The notes under the pieces: model-generated
Told to the model about the DNA's origin: nothing
Database searches by the model: none
The model's input: only the letters and a program-made list of their open reading frames with translations
Program-made: the position numbers and the translations under genes
In this document: positions 25,125 to 33,965 of the stretch, one piece after another
Position numbering within the stretch: the stretch's first letter is position 1
Layout of the letters: each line of letters opens with the position of its first letter
Source of the DNA: a virus
Reading direction: 5' to 3' (one strand)
IMG/VR virus record: IMGVR_UViG_3300028795_000002
DNA length: 47,234 nucleotides

Positions 25125-27526
25125 TAGCCACACTCTCCCCAAGATTTTTCACTGGACACCACCCCCACCGGAATGTAGAGGGGATCTTCATATGGTATTG
25201 CAATTGATGCCGCATTGCGAATCAGTTCTAATGCCTCGTCTTTCCTAGAAGTCGGAAACTGCCCCGCGAGCGAATCGTGGACTTGTAGTAAGATCTGAAT
25301 CCAATCACCGTAGGCATCGTCGATAGCCACATATGCGCGATTAATGAGACAAGCGACAGATGACTGCGGTATCCAAGCGATAGCCTGGTTAAAGATAGTC
25401 CCTTCGATTTTGTCGAAAAAGTAATTCCGATAGCCAAAAGCGTTCTCCACGTATCGTCGTGAGGAAACCTGTTTTTTGATATCACTTTGCCACTTGGCAA
25501 TCTCAGGACATAATCCAAAGTACCATTTTTGGATACGCTCAGTTTCATGTACATTGAGCCCGATCCTAGGAGCAATACCTTCCGCTGTGCCGAGATAGTT
25601 TGTCCCGTGACACAGGGATTTAAACATCGCATACTCGCGTGGGTGCGAGTTCTTCGACATACTTTGGTCATGGTAGTATTCCTTCATCACTTCCACATAG
25701 GGCTTGCGGCCAGCTTTGAAGTTTTCTTTCATCCATTCGCAGCCGGATTCCCAGGTAACAATTCGGAGGTCGGCACTATCGAGATCGATGTCGAAGAAGG
25801 TGTGGCCTTCATCCGGGATGAAAATATTTCGAATGTTCGGTAGTTCTAGCCCAGCATCTGCAGTCTCCCCGCCTTTGGGGATATTCTGCATGTTCATCCC
25901 GCTGCCGAATGCGTTCTTGCTGGATGAAAAGCGGTAGGTTTCCGTACCGGCAATGTTGAAGGAGCAACGCATTCTGCGATCCGCGTCGAGGGGAGCCAGC
26001 ACGAAAGTGGAATGGAACACTCCCAAAGAGCGAAGTTCAGAGATCTTGCGTATGACAGGCCACAAAATTGGCTCACGGGCTCCAAGAGACTGAAGAGCCG
26101 CATCATTTGTTGTGACTCCCCTGGTTCGAGAAGTAATCTTTTTAAGGCCCATCTGCCTATAAAAGAAATCCTGCATTTGCATGGGAGAGCGGTAGTTGAT
26201 TTCATAGCCTAGTACCTCACGCATCCAATGTTTGCGGGTTTCCGCCTCTCGCATGAGAGTGAGTGATAGGTCGGACCGTTTTTGTTGATCCACCCGCACA
26301 CCACGGATCATTGACTTGAGAACTTTCGGTCGTAGGGATTGCTGGAAGGAGTTGACGGATTCAAGTCCCATGCCTTTTAAGACAGACTTGAGGACATGAT
26401 AGACAGCGAGAGTGCGGCAGCTGTCTGTCGCGCAATACTCCCAATACTTCATCTCGTCCTCACCGTCCTCACCTTCTTTCCAGTCGGTGCGGTCATCCTT
26501 CCAGTAGAGGTGGTCGTCGCAGTACATTGAGGAGAGAAACCCGAGGTTCTTTGGCAAGCTGCTAAAGCAGGAATGCTGCATGAGCATTGTGTCAGCTACG
26601 TTCGTGGGGAGAATGCTCCAATGACGGTGGATGTATTGGAGATCGTAGTTGAAGTTTTGGCCGACCAGAAGAACTTTCGGATGTGTGAGGATTGCACAAA
26701 TTCTATGAACAAGTTCTGACTCTTGTTTGGGGTCCCAAAATCCTTCAGGATTTCTGAGAGGGCTCAATTGTACGCACAGTCCTTTGGTCGGTTCCCACGC
26801 GAAAGACAGACAAGTGATATGTCCCGAACGTGTTTCGATATCGCAAGATACTGGAAAGTCACCTTCACTCAAATCTATTCTATCGTGCAGCCATTCCAAA
26901 CGCTCGCACATCAATTGAAACCACTCAGCCGAATTATCTACTGCGATTAATCGAGAGTAATCACGGTGAAAAAGCCCCGGAGTCAGTGAATCCTTCTTCA
27001 CCCTCTTGAAATCGTGAACCATCCAGGGTCTGCGAGCGTATTGCAGATGGATCAAATCCACCTTCAACGTCGGGATGACCTTATACCCTGGTGTCAACAA
27101 CGAATCCATGATCGAGCTACGGTAGTTGTAGCTGGATGTTTGGCCAGTCAACGCGAACAATGCCAAATCCCCAACGGTGCAAATCACGTTGGGTTTGACG
27201 CGCTCCACCTCATCACGAATCGCCATGCACGCATCATAGAGCTTCTGCGTGATGAACTGCCCCTGAAAGTAGATGTGACTCGGCTGGCGGTCCTTTTTCT
27301 TTTCTATAATGTGCAGTTCATTGGGGTAGCAGCGAGATTTCATGACGAGGGTCATGTAGCAATCATCACGACGGATGCCTGCCTCTTGCAGCATCTTGGT
27401 GAGTTCAAATCCCCCGCCCCCGATGAAGGGCTCCCCACGACGAAGATCCTGCTCCGTTGGGTAGTCTCCGACAACCATTATCTTCGCGTTCAGAGGTCCA
27501 CTTGCACTTACCGTCATTTGAGCCAT
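25124..27526 (-). CDS. Family A DNA polymerase with 3'-5' exonuclease domain and an N-terminal UDG-superfamily-like domain (800 aa)
   Basis: Exonuclease motifs: SCDIETRS, LVGQNFNYDLQYI, YCATDSCRT. Polymerase motifs: A FFDIDLDSADLRIV, B FKSLCHGTNYLG, C LLQVHDSL. N-terminus VVGDYPTEQDLRRGEPFIGGGGFEL resembles the family-4 UDG motif GEAPG..E...G.PF.G.AG..L. Confidence 0.85.
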   Translation of the reverse strand: MAQMTVSASGPLNAKIMVVGDYPTEQDLRRGEPFIGGGGFELTKMLQEAGIRRDDCYMTLVMKSRCYPNELHIIEKKKDRQPSHIYFQGQFITQKLYDACMAIRDEVERVKPNVICTVGDLALFALTGQTSSYNYRSSIMDSLLTPGYKVIPTLKVDLIHLQYARRPWMVHDFKRVKKDSLTPGLFHRDYSRLIAVDNSAEWFQLMCERLEWLHDRIDLSEGDFPVSCDIETRSGHITCLSFAWEPTKGLCVQLSPLRNPEGFWDPKQESELVHRICAILTHPKVLLVGQNFNYDLQYIHRHWSILPTNVADTMLMQHSCFSSLPKNLGFLSSMYCDDHLYWKDDRTDWKEGEDGEDEMKYWEYCATDSCRTLAVYHVLKSVLKGMGLESVNSFQQSLRPKVLKSMIRGVRVDQQKRSDLSLTLMREAETRKHWMREVLGYEINYRSPMQMQDFFYRQMGLKKITSRTRGVTTNDAALQSLGAREPILWPVIRKISELRSLGVFHSTFVLAPLDADRRMRCSFNIAGTETYRFSSSKNAFGSGMNMQNIPKGGETADAGLELPNIRNIFIPDEGHTFFDIDLDSADLRIVTWESGCEWMKENFKAGRKPYVEVMKEYYHDQSMSKNSHPREYAMFKSLCHGTNYLGTAEGIAPRIGLNVHETERIQKWYFGLCPEIAKWQSDIKKQVSSRRYVENAFGYRNYFFDKIEGTIFNQAIAWIPQSSVACLINRAYVAIDDAYGDWIQILLQVHDSLAGQFPTSRKDEALELIRNAASIAIPYEDPLYIPVGVVSSEKSWGECG

Positions 27527-27541
27527 ATGACCAACTCCTAA

Positions 27542-27736
27542 TTATTTTGGTTCATTCATTGTGCAATGTTTTTGCAGCGTGCGCTTGCAGAGGTTACGAC
27601 ACGCAATCAATCGGATATGGAATTGTTGTGGTGCCCAATCCTCCGGCAGGATCATCACCGCGTCATCATGCGTTCCGATGATTACCTTCTCCGGCTCCCA
27701 CTTCCAGAGCCGAGTTTTCGCTGATTCGAGGGGCAT
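27542..27736 (-). CDS. Hypothetical protein (64 aa)
   Basis: GGAG RBS. Tightly packed between the methyltransferase and the polymerase. Confidence 0.45.
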   Translation of the reverse strand: MPLESAKTRLWKWEPEKVIIGTHDDAVMILPEDWAPQQFHIRLIACRNLCKRTLQKHCTMNEPK

Positions 27737-27739
27737 GTG

Positions 27740-29110
27740 CTACTCCTTAAGCTGGTTTAGTTCCGCCATCAAGGCCTTGCCTTGCTCTGCAGGATCAATG
27801 CTTCCCAATCCTTGCAATCTTTGGAGACAAATTCCGTAATATTGCTGATTGAGTTCGATGCCTGTCGCTAGTATCTTGGCAGCATGTGCAGCAGGAAATA
27901 TGGTGCCGCTGCCAGCGAAGCTATCGAGGACTCTATCTCCTGGTCGACAGCTTCTTTTGAGCAAATCGCTGTACAGAGCCACTGGTTTCTGAGCCCCGTG
28001 GGAAGTATTTGGATCCGCAAAGGTCGTGATAACATCTGGATAGATTCCAAGTGTTTTCTTCTTGCCCTTGATAGCATAGAGGATCATCTCCCATTGGCGA
28101 CGGGGGCCGTGTTCGGGGTGGGGGACGCGACCAGAGTTGGGCTTGGTGCAGATAAACGGAGTACGGGTGACCCACCAACCGGCTCCTTGCATAATTCTCT
28201 TGAGTTCGTGAAAATTGTCGAGATCGCAGAAGACATAAGCGTGAGCCTCCTGTTTTGCCACCCTGTAGGCCAACGGTGCCCATTCTGCCATGAGAGATCG
28301 CCAAGATTCGTAATCATCTCTGTAGTGGTGTTCAATTCCACCCATCTTTCCAGCGCTATCACCGAATTCATCTGCTCCCATCCCGTAAGGTGGGTCTGTG
28401 AGAATAACATCAAATTGCTCCGGGTCAGTGGAAAGCATCCATGAGATGCAGTTCGTGTTGAAAATCTTATGGGATTCGTGCGTGAGGGTAGAACCGATTT
28501 GCTTGGCAAGTTCCTTATGCTTCTTCGCTTCTTCCATCTTTTTGAGGATTTTAAACCCCTCGTCAGCCGTGCGGGCTTTGGCTACCTCAGGGATGTGGAG
28601 GTAGTTGCTGACGATGATGTCCTTTCGGACTGTGTTTTGGAAGTTCCCGTCAGAGCGACCCTTGACCTCAACTGCCGTATCAGCAACAGTATGGACGCGG
28701 CCCTCAGCTTGAGCTTGCTTACTTCTAAGATTATGAAGACGGGCGAGGGCGGCAGATCGCTCTTGCCATGTGAGGTCTTTTCGCTGCAAGTTCTCATCAA
28801 GTTCCGCCTGCTCTGCTTCGAGTGGCGAGAGCTGGCCGAGGGTAACGTAGGGTAGGAATCCATCAGGTATCACCTCCTCATTATAGCGGACCTCGCCGCC
28901 GAGCATTCGCACCTCAGCCACGGCACGCATTCGGCGTTCTCCCGCGACGAGAACCATAGCGCCATCACGCTCCCGGAGAACAATCGCATGCATGAGGCCG
29001 TGCATACGAACGCCCGCCGCTAGTTCGGCTAGGTCTTGCGAGTTGAATTCCCTGCGCTGCCGGTTAGGGTCAATGATGACATCAGATGTTTTGATTAGTT
29101 GAGCTTGCAT
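27740..29110 (-). CDS. ParB-like N-terminal domain fused to an N6/N4 DNA methyltransferase (456 aa)
   Basis: ParB box LVAGERRMRA. Methyltransferase motif IV LTDPPYGMG and motif I VLDSFAGSGT, in beta-class order. Confidence 0.8.
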   Translation of the reverse strand: MQAQLIKTSDVIIDPNRQRREFNSQDLAELAAGVRMHGLMHAIVLRERDGAMVLVAGERRMRAVAEVRMLGGEVRYNEEVIPDGFLPYVTLGQLSPLEAEQAELDENLQRKDLTWQERSAALARLHNLRSKQAQAEGRVHTVADTAVEVKGRSDGNFQNTVRKDIIVSNYLHIPEVAKARTADEGFKILKKMEEAKKHKELAKQIGSTLTHESHKIFNTNCISWMLSTDPEQFDVILTDPPYGMGADEFGDSAGKMGGIEHHYRDDYESWRSLMAEWAPLAYRVAKQEAHAYVFCDLDNFHELKRIMQGAGWWVTRTPFICTKPNSGRVPHPEHGPRRQWEMILYAIKGKKKTLGIYPDVITTFADPNTSHGAQKPVALYSDLLKRSCRPGDRVLDSFAGSGTIFPAAHAAKILATGIELNQQYYGICLQRLQGLGSIDPAEQGKALMAELNQLKE

Positions 29111-29150
29111 ACTAGGGAGTCCTAGTTCGTGTGGAGGGTTTCAGTGGAAA

Positions 29151-29170
29151 AGGGAGCGCAGAGGCTCCCT
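29151..29170 (-). terminator. Weak hairpin, possible attenuating terminator upstream of the methyltransferase gene
   Basis: aGGGAGCgcagagGCTCCCt; on the minus strand only TTTCC follows. Confidence 0.3.
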
Positions 29171-29191
29171 TGGGGTTTGGGTAGGTGTTAA

Positions 29192-29314
29192 TTACCCTTG
29201 CTTAGTTAACGCCATGACAGCTGTGCAAAACACGACCATGGCGAAAATTGCCCACCACGGCCATTGCGCGTCAAGCTTCACTAGCACAAACACGGCGATG
29301 AAGAGGGCGAGCAT
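29192..29314 (-). CDS. Possible small membrane protein (40 aa, MLALFIAVFVLVKLDAQWPWWAIFAMVVFCTAVMALTKQG)
   Basis: Translated by hand; below the ORF-track cutoff. Two hydrophobic stretches. It fills the gap between 29317..29649 and the hairpin. Confidence 0.4.
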   Translation of the reverse strand: MLALFIAVFVLVKLDAQWPWWAIFAMVVFCTAVMALTKQG

Positions 29315-29316
29315 GG

Positions 29317-29649
29317 TTACAAAGTCCAGTTTGTTTGGTGGTTTCTAGCATCTGCCGGTTTTTCGCCCTCAGCACAGGAATACACAGCAGCTTGTTGGCG
29401 CTGATAGGGCGTCCATTGGCAGCAACGCCCGGTATAATCCCAGGGTTTATCGGTTTGAAACAGGGGGATATCTTCAAACAGCCAAGATTGCCCCACAGCA
29501 TCCAATACCTGGAGATTAAGGAACAAATCATTGTGGACGTATACTACAGTCGCTGCTAGTGGCTGAAAACGAAAATCAACTCCATTTTCGATGTCACGGG
29601 CGTCTGGGTAGAACCAAACCTGACGGCCGATGGTAGGTTTAATCGACAT
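29317..29649 (-). CDS. Hypothetical protein (110 aa)
   Basis: AAGGCTCA leader box upstream of the ATG. No motif. Confidence 0.5.
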   Translation of the reverse strand: MSIKPTIGRQVWFYPDARDIENGVDFRFQPLAATVVYVHNDLFLNLQVLDAVGQSWLFEDIPLFQTDKPWDYTGRCCQWTPYQRQQAAVYSCAEGEKPADARNHQTNWTL

Positions 29650-29681
29650 TTCTGAGCCTTGCTTGTTATATTCAGGAAGAA

Positions 29682-29697
29682 CCGCCCCGAAGGGCGG
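29682..29697 (-). terminator. GC-rich tetraloop hairpin after the SSB-like gene (terminator or RNA stabiliser)
   Basis: CCGCCCcgaaGGGCGG. On the minus strand the loop reads TTCG and the hairpin is followed by TTCTTCC. Confidence 0.45.
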
Positions 29698-29716
29698 ATT
29701 GTCGGTGGGGAGCCGT

Positions 29717-30172
29717 TTAGCCCAAGCTCGTTACAGCATCCACCTGCGCGTAGACAATCTCCGGGTCGCGGTCATCCGGGCGTTGCGAGACTTTCACCTT
29801 AGCCATATGGCCCGGCAGCTGATTAAATGCGAATTCAACCGACGGATCGTTGAGGCCGACTGCCGCACGCAAACGACCGAGGGCGACGTTCTTGCCTTCC
29901 GCCGTGTCAACCGCACCGTCCGGGGTGAGGTCCAGCATGATGCCTTGTCGGACGTTGACGATATCCCGACCGGTAGTTACTTTGGCAGAGTCGTCTTCGA
30001 CTGACCAGCTAACATCCAAGGCTACGCCCGTTTTTGTGCCGTCTTTGGATTGCCACTGACGTGCAGAGATTTTGTCGATCACTGCGGGATATTCGCCAAT
30101 CGGGCACGGGACAACTTTCGTGGAGTTTGCGCCGGAGACTGCGGAATTAAGGAAGCTATCTGCGTCGAACAA
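29717..30172 (-). CDS. DUF669-like putative ssDNA-binding protein (about 151 aa from TTG 30172; the track ORF extends to 30241)
   Basis: AGGAG 7 nt upstream of TTG 30172. Lies directly downstream of the AAA_24 ATPase, apart from the HNH insert, as in the conserved phage replication module. The P.GEYPAVI...W.SKDG...L pattern resembles DUF669. Confidence 0.5.
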   Translation of the reverse strand: MFDADSFLNSAVSGANSTKVVPCPIGEYPAVIDKISARQWQSKDGTKTGVALDVSWSVEDDSAKVTTGRDIVNVRQGIMLDLTPDGAVDTAEGKNVALGRLRAAVGLNDPSVEFAFNQLPGHMAKVKVSQRPDDRDPEIVYAQVDAVTSLG

Positions 30173-30225
30173 GGTATTTCTCCTAAAAATTAAATGGAAA
30201 ACTTTGGCATCGGCCTCGGTTCTTT

Positions 30226-30687
30226 TTACAGGTACTGCCAACTACGACGATATACGATATTTTGTATTGCGCCATTACTTACACCATACTTATCAGCTAA
30301 GGTTCGTAAAGAAACCATCCTTGAATGGTGCAATTCTCTAATCTCTAAGACCTCCCTTTCTGTGAGTAAAGATCTTCCATTTCTAGAACCAATAGACATT
30401 CTACCCTCTGCTACAGCATCTTGAATATTATCTTTTTGAGTTCCTGATAAAAGATGGTTAGGATTCACGCATTTTCGGTTGTGGCATTTATGCCTTATAA
30501 CTAGCCCTTTTGGAATTTCTCCGAAAACCTCTTCATACTGAAGTCTGTGGGCTAGGTGATTTTTCCCATCAAAACCGAACTGCCCATAACCGCCGGTAGT
30601 GCAAGAAGCTTTCCATTCCCAACATTCATCTGCACCTCCAATTGGTATATACCGCAGAAATCTAGACCGTGTTGAATGATCCATCAT
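30226..30687 (-). CDS. HNH homing endonuclease (HNH_3-type) with C-terminal HTH
   Basis: GGYGQFGFDGKNHLAHRLQYE...IRHKCHNRKCVNPNHL. Low GC relative to its neighbours and has its own promoter. It interrupts the ATPase-SSB module. Confidence 0.8.
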   Translation of the reverse strand: MMDHSTRSRFLRYIPIGGADECWEWKASCTTGGYGQFGFDGKNHLAHRLQYEEVFGEIPKGLVIRHKCHNRKCVNPNHLLSGTQKDNIQDAVAEGRMSIGSRNGRSLLTEREVLEIRELHHSRMVSLRTLADKYGVSNGAIQNIVYRRSWQYL

Positions 30688-30717
30688 AATTTTACCTATT
30701 TTGCCGTAGTTTATGTC

Positions 30718-30745
30718 AGTATACCAGGTAAAATTTATGTATCAA
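30718..30745 (-). promoter_or_regulatory. Sigma70-like promoter for the HNH gene
   Basis: Minus strand: TTGATA - 16 nt - TATACT, about 30 nt upstream of ATG 30687. Confidence 0.5.
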
Positions 30746-30782
30746 CAAAGTTTTTGCAGAGTGTCAGAGTCTGTAGTAGGAG

Positions 30783-30823
30783 TTATTTACCGAAATTACT
30801 AATTTGTAATCGCGGGGGGAAAT
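30783..30823. repeat. Palindromic intergenic element, copy 10
   Basis: TTATTTACCGAAATTACTAATTTGTAATCGCGGGGGGAAAT. It lies between the AAA_24 stop and the HNH promoter. Confidence 0.8.
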
Positions 30824-30834
30824 ACACTGACAAG

Positions 30835-31710
30835 TTAAATCACCCCACCTCGTTTTTGCCACTTCTCAATGATGGGTTTGAAATCCGCAGCCAGTTTTTC
30901 TGAAACTGGTAGATTTCTAGTTTTTACGTCCGCTTGTGCCGATCCTGTGTTCCAAGTCCAGGAAGTCCCAGAACGTTCGGTCAAGATGCAATCACTGAAC
31001 ATTGGGGGCAACTTCGGGGCTAGTTTTGCTCCTAACGTGGATACCATCAATTTGATACCCCCCAATACTTCATCCTTCTCGCGTTCTACGTGGGCAATTA
31101 AGACAAAATGGCACTTGCATGCGTCTGTCCATAGTCGGATGATTTGTTCGATCTGCTGTTGAGCTATGCCCCAATCGCTGATGTTACGGACAGGTTTATT
31201 ACCAACTACCAAAGACATGGCCATGTGGGCGAGCCCTGCCATCCCATCAATTACGAGGACCTTATCTGTGCCCCACTCATCCACAGCCCCGTAGTTTTTC
31301 CCCGTCCGATCGTCTACGAAGTTATTCAAAATCTCCAGCATATGGATAAATCGATTATGCTTACTACGGTTTGGATCGTTAGCTTTTGCCAGAGTCTCCA
31401 ATGACATAGTGTTGACCCGTTTAGCATTTTCCAGAAGGTCGGTGAAGGAGGCTTTAGCAGCAGCCAATTGATGCCAATGGAAATTCTCCGGGACAGGCTT
31501 TCCCTTATCCTTCCAAAATCCCTGCAAGGTTTCCAAGCCCGGCTCAAGACCGAGATAGAAAACTTGCAGCTTTGGGGATGCTTCGACCAGCGTGCCGATA
31601 CTGTGGGTTTTCCCTGTGCCCGCCGGACCCATCAGCAACACATTAACTCCCGATAGTGCAATTTCATCAGGAGCCGTTGCCGCTGTCACAATTTCGCCAA
31701 TAGTTGTCAT
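30835..31710 (-). CDS. AAA_24 / Sak4-like RecA-fold ATPase (291 aa)
   Basis: Walker A LLMGPAGTGKTHS. Walker B-like KVLVIDGMAG. Typical neighbourhood of exonuclease, helicase and DUF669. Confidence 0.7.
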   Translation of the reverse strand: MTTIGEIVTAATAPDEIALSGVNVLLMGPAGTGKTHSIGTLVEASPKLQVFYLGLEPGLETLQGFWKDKGKPVPENFHWHQLAAAKASFTDLLENAKRVNTMSLETLAKANDPNRSKHNRFIHMLEILNNFVDDRTGKNYGAVDEWGTDKVLVIDGMAGLAHMAMSLVVGNKPVRNISDWGIAQQQIEQIIRLWTDACKCHFVLIAHVEREKDEVLGGIKLMVSTLGAKLAPKLPPMFSDCILTERSGTSWTWNTGSAQADVKTRNLPVSEKLAADFKPIIEKWQKRGGVI

Positions 31711-31958
31711 AGGTTCGGATTCGCGTCAATTTCAAGTGAAATCCCGTTGAAGGTTTTCATCCCTTCTAGGATCTTATCGGAGTAGTACCTCTCCCCATCG
31801 GTGAAGAAAAACCGGCGTGGGTGGAGGGAGACCAACAACTCCCCACAGACTGCTGTTACTGGAAGATGCTGCAGGCAATCAGGGAGGTTTTGCAGCCACT
31901 CTGCCAACTCCCCGATCGACATGTTATCTTCTTCAGGTTTTTTCCAGTTCTCGGCCAT
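31707..31958 (-). CDS. Hypothetical protein (83 aa from ATG 31958; the track ORF extends to 32015)
   Basis: AAGGAG 7 nt upstream of ATG 31958. ATGA overlap with the downstream ATPase gene. Confidence 0.45.
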   Translation of the reverse strand: MAENWKKPEEDNMSIGELAEWLQNLPDCLQHLPVTAVCGELLVSLHPRRFFFTDGERYYSDKILEGMKTFNGISLEIDANPNL

Positions 31959-32295
31959 TGGCCATCTCCTTATCCCACAATCGTAGGTGCAATTCAAATT
32001 CCCTTCGGATGACATCCTCTGGTAGGATCGCAGTTAGCTCCGGTTCCCAATTTAAAATCAAAGAACCGGGGATCACGTAACGGGACGGGCCGGGGTGTTG
32101 CTCGCAATGCCCGCCGATGATCCGCCATTCCCGCGTTGAGCCGTCCACCGGCATCCTCGCCCATATTTCTCCGCACGTAGGGCAGAACATTGCGTAGGGC
32201 TGCGGCTGCTGGGCTTCAGCGTGAACGAATCGGAGGGAGTCCTCAGAAGATCCCAAATAATCCCCAGAGACCCAAAAGTGGCGGATATAAGCCAT
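31933..32295 (-). CDS. Hypothetical zinc-binding protein (120 aa)
   Basis: CPTCGEIW...GGHCEQH gives four candidate metal ligands. No family recognised. Confidence 0.5.
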   Translation of the reverse strand: MAYIRHFWVSGDYLGSSEDSLRFVHAEAQQPQPYAMFCPTCGEIWARMPVDGSTREWRIIGGHCEQHPGPSRYVIPGSLILNWEPELTAILPEDVIRREFELHLRLWDKEMANGRELEKT

Positions 32296-32300
32296 AACAA

Positions 32301-33338
32301 CTACCCGAGAAGTCCGCGCAACTCATCTCCGAGAGCCTTCGAGTCGCCTGCGAACACGCCGGGCAATTGAGGGGCAGGTGGAGCACCTTCTGGACGCGTG
32401 AATCCCCAGTTGGCTTCGTAGTCAGCAACAGATATTTCGGCACGCTCTAAGGGGTCCCACACTCTTTGCACGAAATGGGCTGGCAGCCATTCGTCAGGCG
32501 TACTGGATTTACAAATTCGCTGAAATTGGCAGCCGCCATATTCTGTACAAGCTCCGTCGAGGTCATAATCCCAGTATCCTTCTTCCCAACATTGAATCAT
32601 CCTGCGGATATCTCGCAGGGTTTGCTTTTCCCACAGGGCAATCTCATGAGGGGATCGGTACGTGGGAACCTCCATCGTGTCGTATTTTGTCTTTAGAATT
32701 GAGACACCCCGAACAATAGTCCCCTGAGGTTTTATACTCTGTTGCATCAACGCCCAGTTATAGCCTGTAAACTGTGATCGCGTCTCCCACTGACGGGCGA
32801 ATGTAGCACCTAGCGCCGACGTGGTTTTTTCGTCGTAGTTCCAGATGCCTGTTCCGTGTCGATTAGCAACCATGTCGGAACGTCCCGTATAGAGTAAGGG
32901 ATTCCCAGTAACAGGATGGTTGATTTTGAGTGGTTCTGCGAACGAGAATTCGATGCCTTTGCGACCGCTGGGTAGAGTAATCGGCTCCGCACCATCGCCC
33001 CCTAATGGGTAGTTGAAGAGATAAAATTCGAAAGCTCCGAGCATGCGTTCGAGGGATTTTGCCGATTCTGGTGGGCAATCAAAATCCCCGTAGCTCTTGA
33101 TAAGAGCTGTCATGCCGATCGCTTCAGCATCAGAGTCAGACTTGCCATCGACGTAGAAAGCTTCGCGGGCTGCTTCGATGGCTGAGGCGAATGCACCACC
33201 GGCGACCAAATGCACAGACTTAGCTACCGGTTTCCAGTGCTCAATATAGCTCAGGAAAAATTTCTGGGGGCATGCTCTGAAGGCCGCAATTAAAGTAGAG
33301 TCCAGAGCATTCGGGAACATGGGGCGGAATTTTTGCAT
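32301..33338 (-). CDS. PD-(D/E)XK exonuclease, Cas4/RecB-like with Fe-S Cys cluster (345 aa)
   Basis: N-terminal Cys (FRACPQKF). Nuclease core RSDMV...NYDEKT. C-terminal CTEYGGCQFQRIC. Confidence 0.65.
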   Translation of the reverse strand: MQKFRPMFPNALDSTLIAAFRACPQKFFLSYIEHWKPVAKSVHLVAGGAFASAIEAAREAFYVDGKSDSDAEAIGMTALIKSYGDFDCPPESAKSLERMLGAFEFYLFNYPLGGDGAEPITLPSGRKGIEFSFAEPLKINHPVTGNPLLYTGRSDMVANRHGTGIWNYDEKTTSALGATFARQWETRSQFTGYNWALMQQSIKPQGTIVRGVSILKTKYDTMEVPTYRSPHEIALWEKQTLRDIRRMIQCWEEGYWDYDLDGACTEYGGCQFQRICKSSTPDEWLPAHFVQRVWDPLERAEISVADYEANWGFTRPEGAPPAPQLPGVFAGDSKALGDELRGLLG

Positions 33339-33341
33339 ATC

Positions 33342-33641
33342 CTAGCCCTCAATCGCCAGAAGACTGTTGTACACCGATTGCAATTCTGTAATCTTTTTCT
33401 GAAACTCTGCCCGCACTATCTGCATTTCTACCTGAACAGCTTTTGCTTTACCTGCCTTGAAGTCAAAACTATCTGGCACCTCGAAAGTAAAAGTTTGAGG
33501 TTCTGGAAGCATCACCCAACCATATTCAGTCATATCAGCAGTTGAAGCTGAATAGACTATTTTCGTTTCGTATTTGTCTTTTTCACTGTCGTAGTACATT
33601 TGCTCATCTACGTGAATGAACATTTGTTGAGATTGCTGCAT
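33342..33641 (-). CDS. Hypothetical protein (99 aa)
   Basis: AGAGGCTCA leader box upstream of the ATG. No motif. Confidence 0.5.
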   Translation of the reverse strand: MQQSQQMFIHVDEQMYYDSEKDKYETKIVYSASTADMTEYGWVMLPEPQTFTFEVPDSFDFKAGKAKAVQVEMQIVRAEFQKKITELQSVYNSLLAIEG

Positions 33642-33667
33642 TTTGAGCCTCTGTAGTTGTACTACGG

Positions 33668-33901
33668 TTAAATACCCAATTCCTTCAGCAGATCATCGGA
33701 GTTCACATCCTCCGGTTTTTGCTTCTTCGGGGCTTTGGCAGCTCCCGACGCAGCGCGCGCCTTCGGTTTCGGAGCTTCCAGCTGCGCGCGCTCCTTGCGG
33801 ATTGCCTCGATTGCAAGCTTCATTTCTTCGATTGAGAGCTGGCCGAGAGCTGCGCGGGCTCGCCAATCCTGGATTTGCTCGTTAATCAATTCGGATGCCA
33901 T
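33668..33901 (-). CDS. Small Lys-rich protein with C-terminal DDLLKELG motif (77 aa from ATG 33901)
   Basis: GAGGAA 4 nt upstream of ATG 33901. The C-terminus KKQKPEDVNSDDLLKELGI is shared with the ends of 38321..38932 and 40507..41172. Confidence 0.55.
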   Translation of the reverse strand: MASELINEQIQDWRARAALGQLSIEEMKLAIEAIRKERAQLEAPKPKARAASGAAKAPKKQKPEDVNSDDLLKELGI

Positions 33902-33917
33902 AAAGTTCCTCAAATTG

Positions 33918-33959
33918 GTTTTCTACCGGGATTAACAAATAGTAATCTATGGGGGAAAC
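33918..33959. repeat. Palindromic intergenic element, copy 11
   Basis: GTTTTCTACCGGGATTAACAAATAGTAATCTATGGGGGAAAC. It lies 7 nt after the stop of the HNH-like gene. Confidence 0.85.
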
Positions 33960-33965
33960 CCATGT

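Noticed and set aside
27014-27541. 175-aa plus-strand ORF
   Set aside because: It is antisense to the N-terminal region of the polymerase gene.
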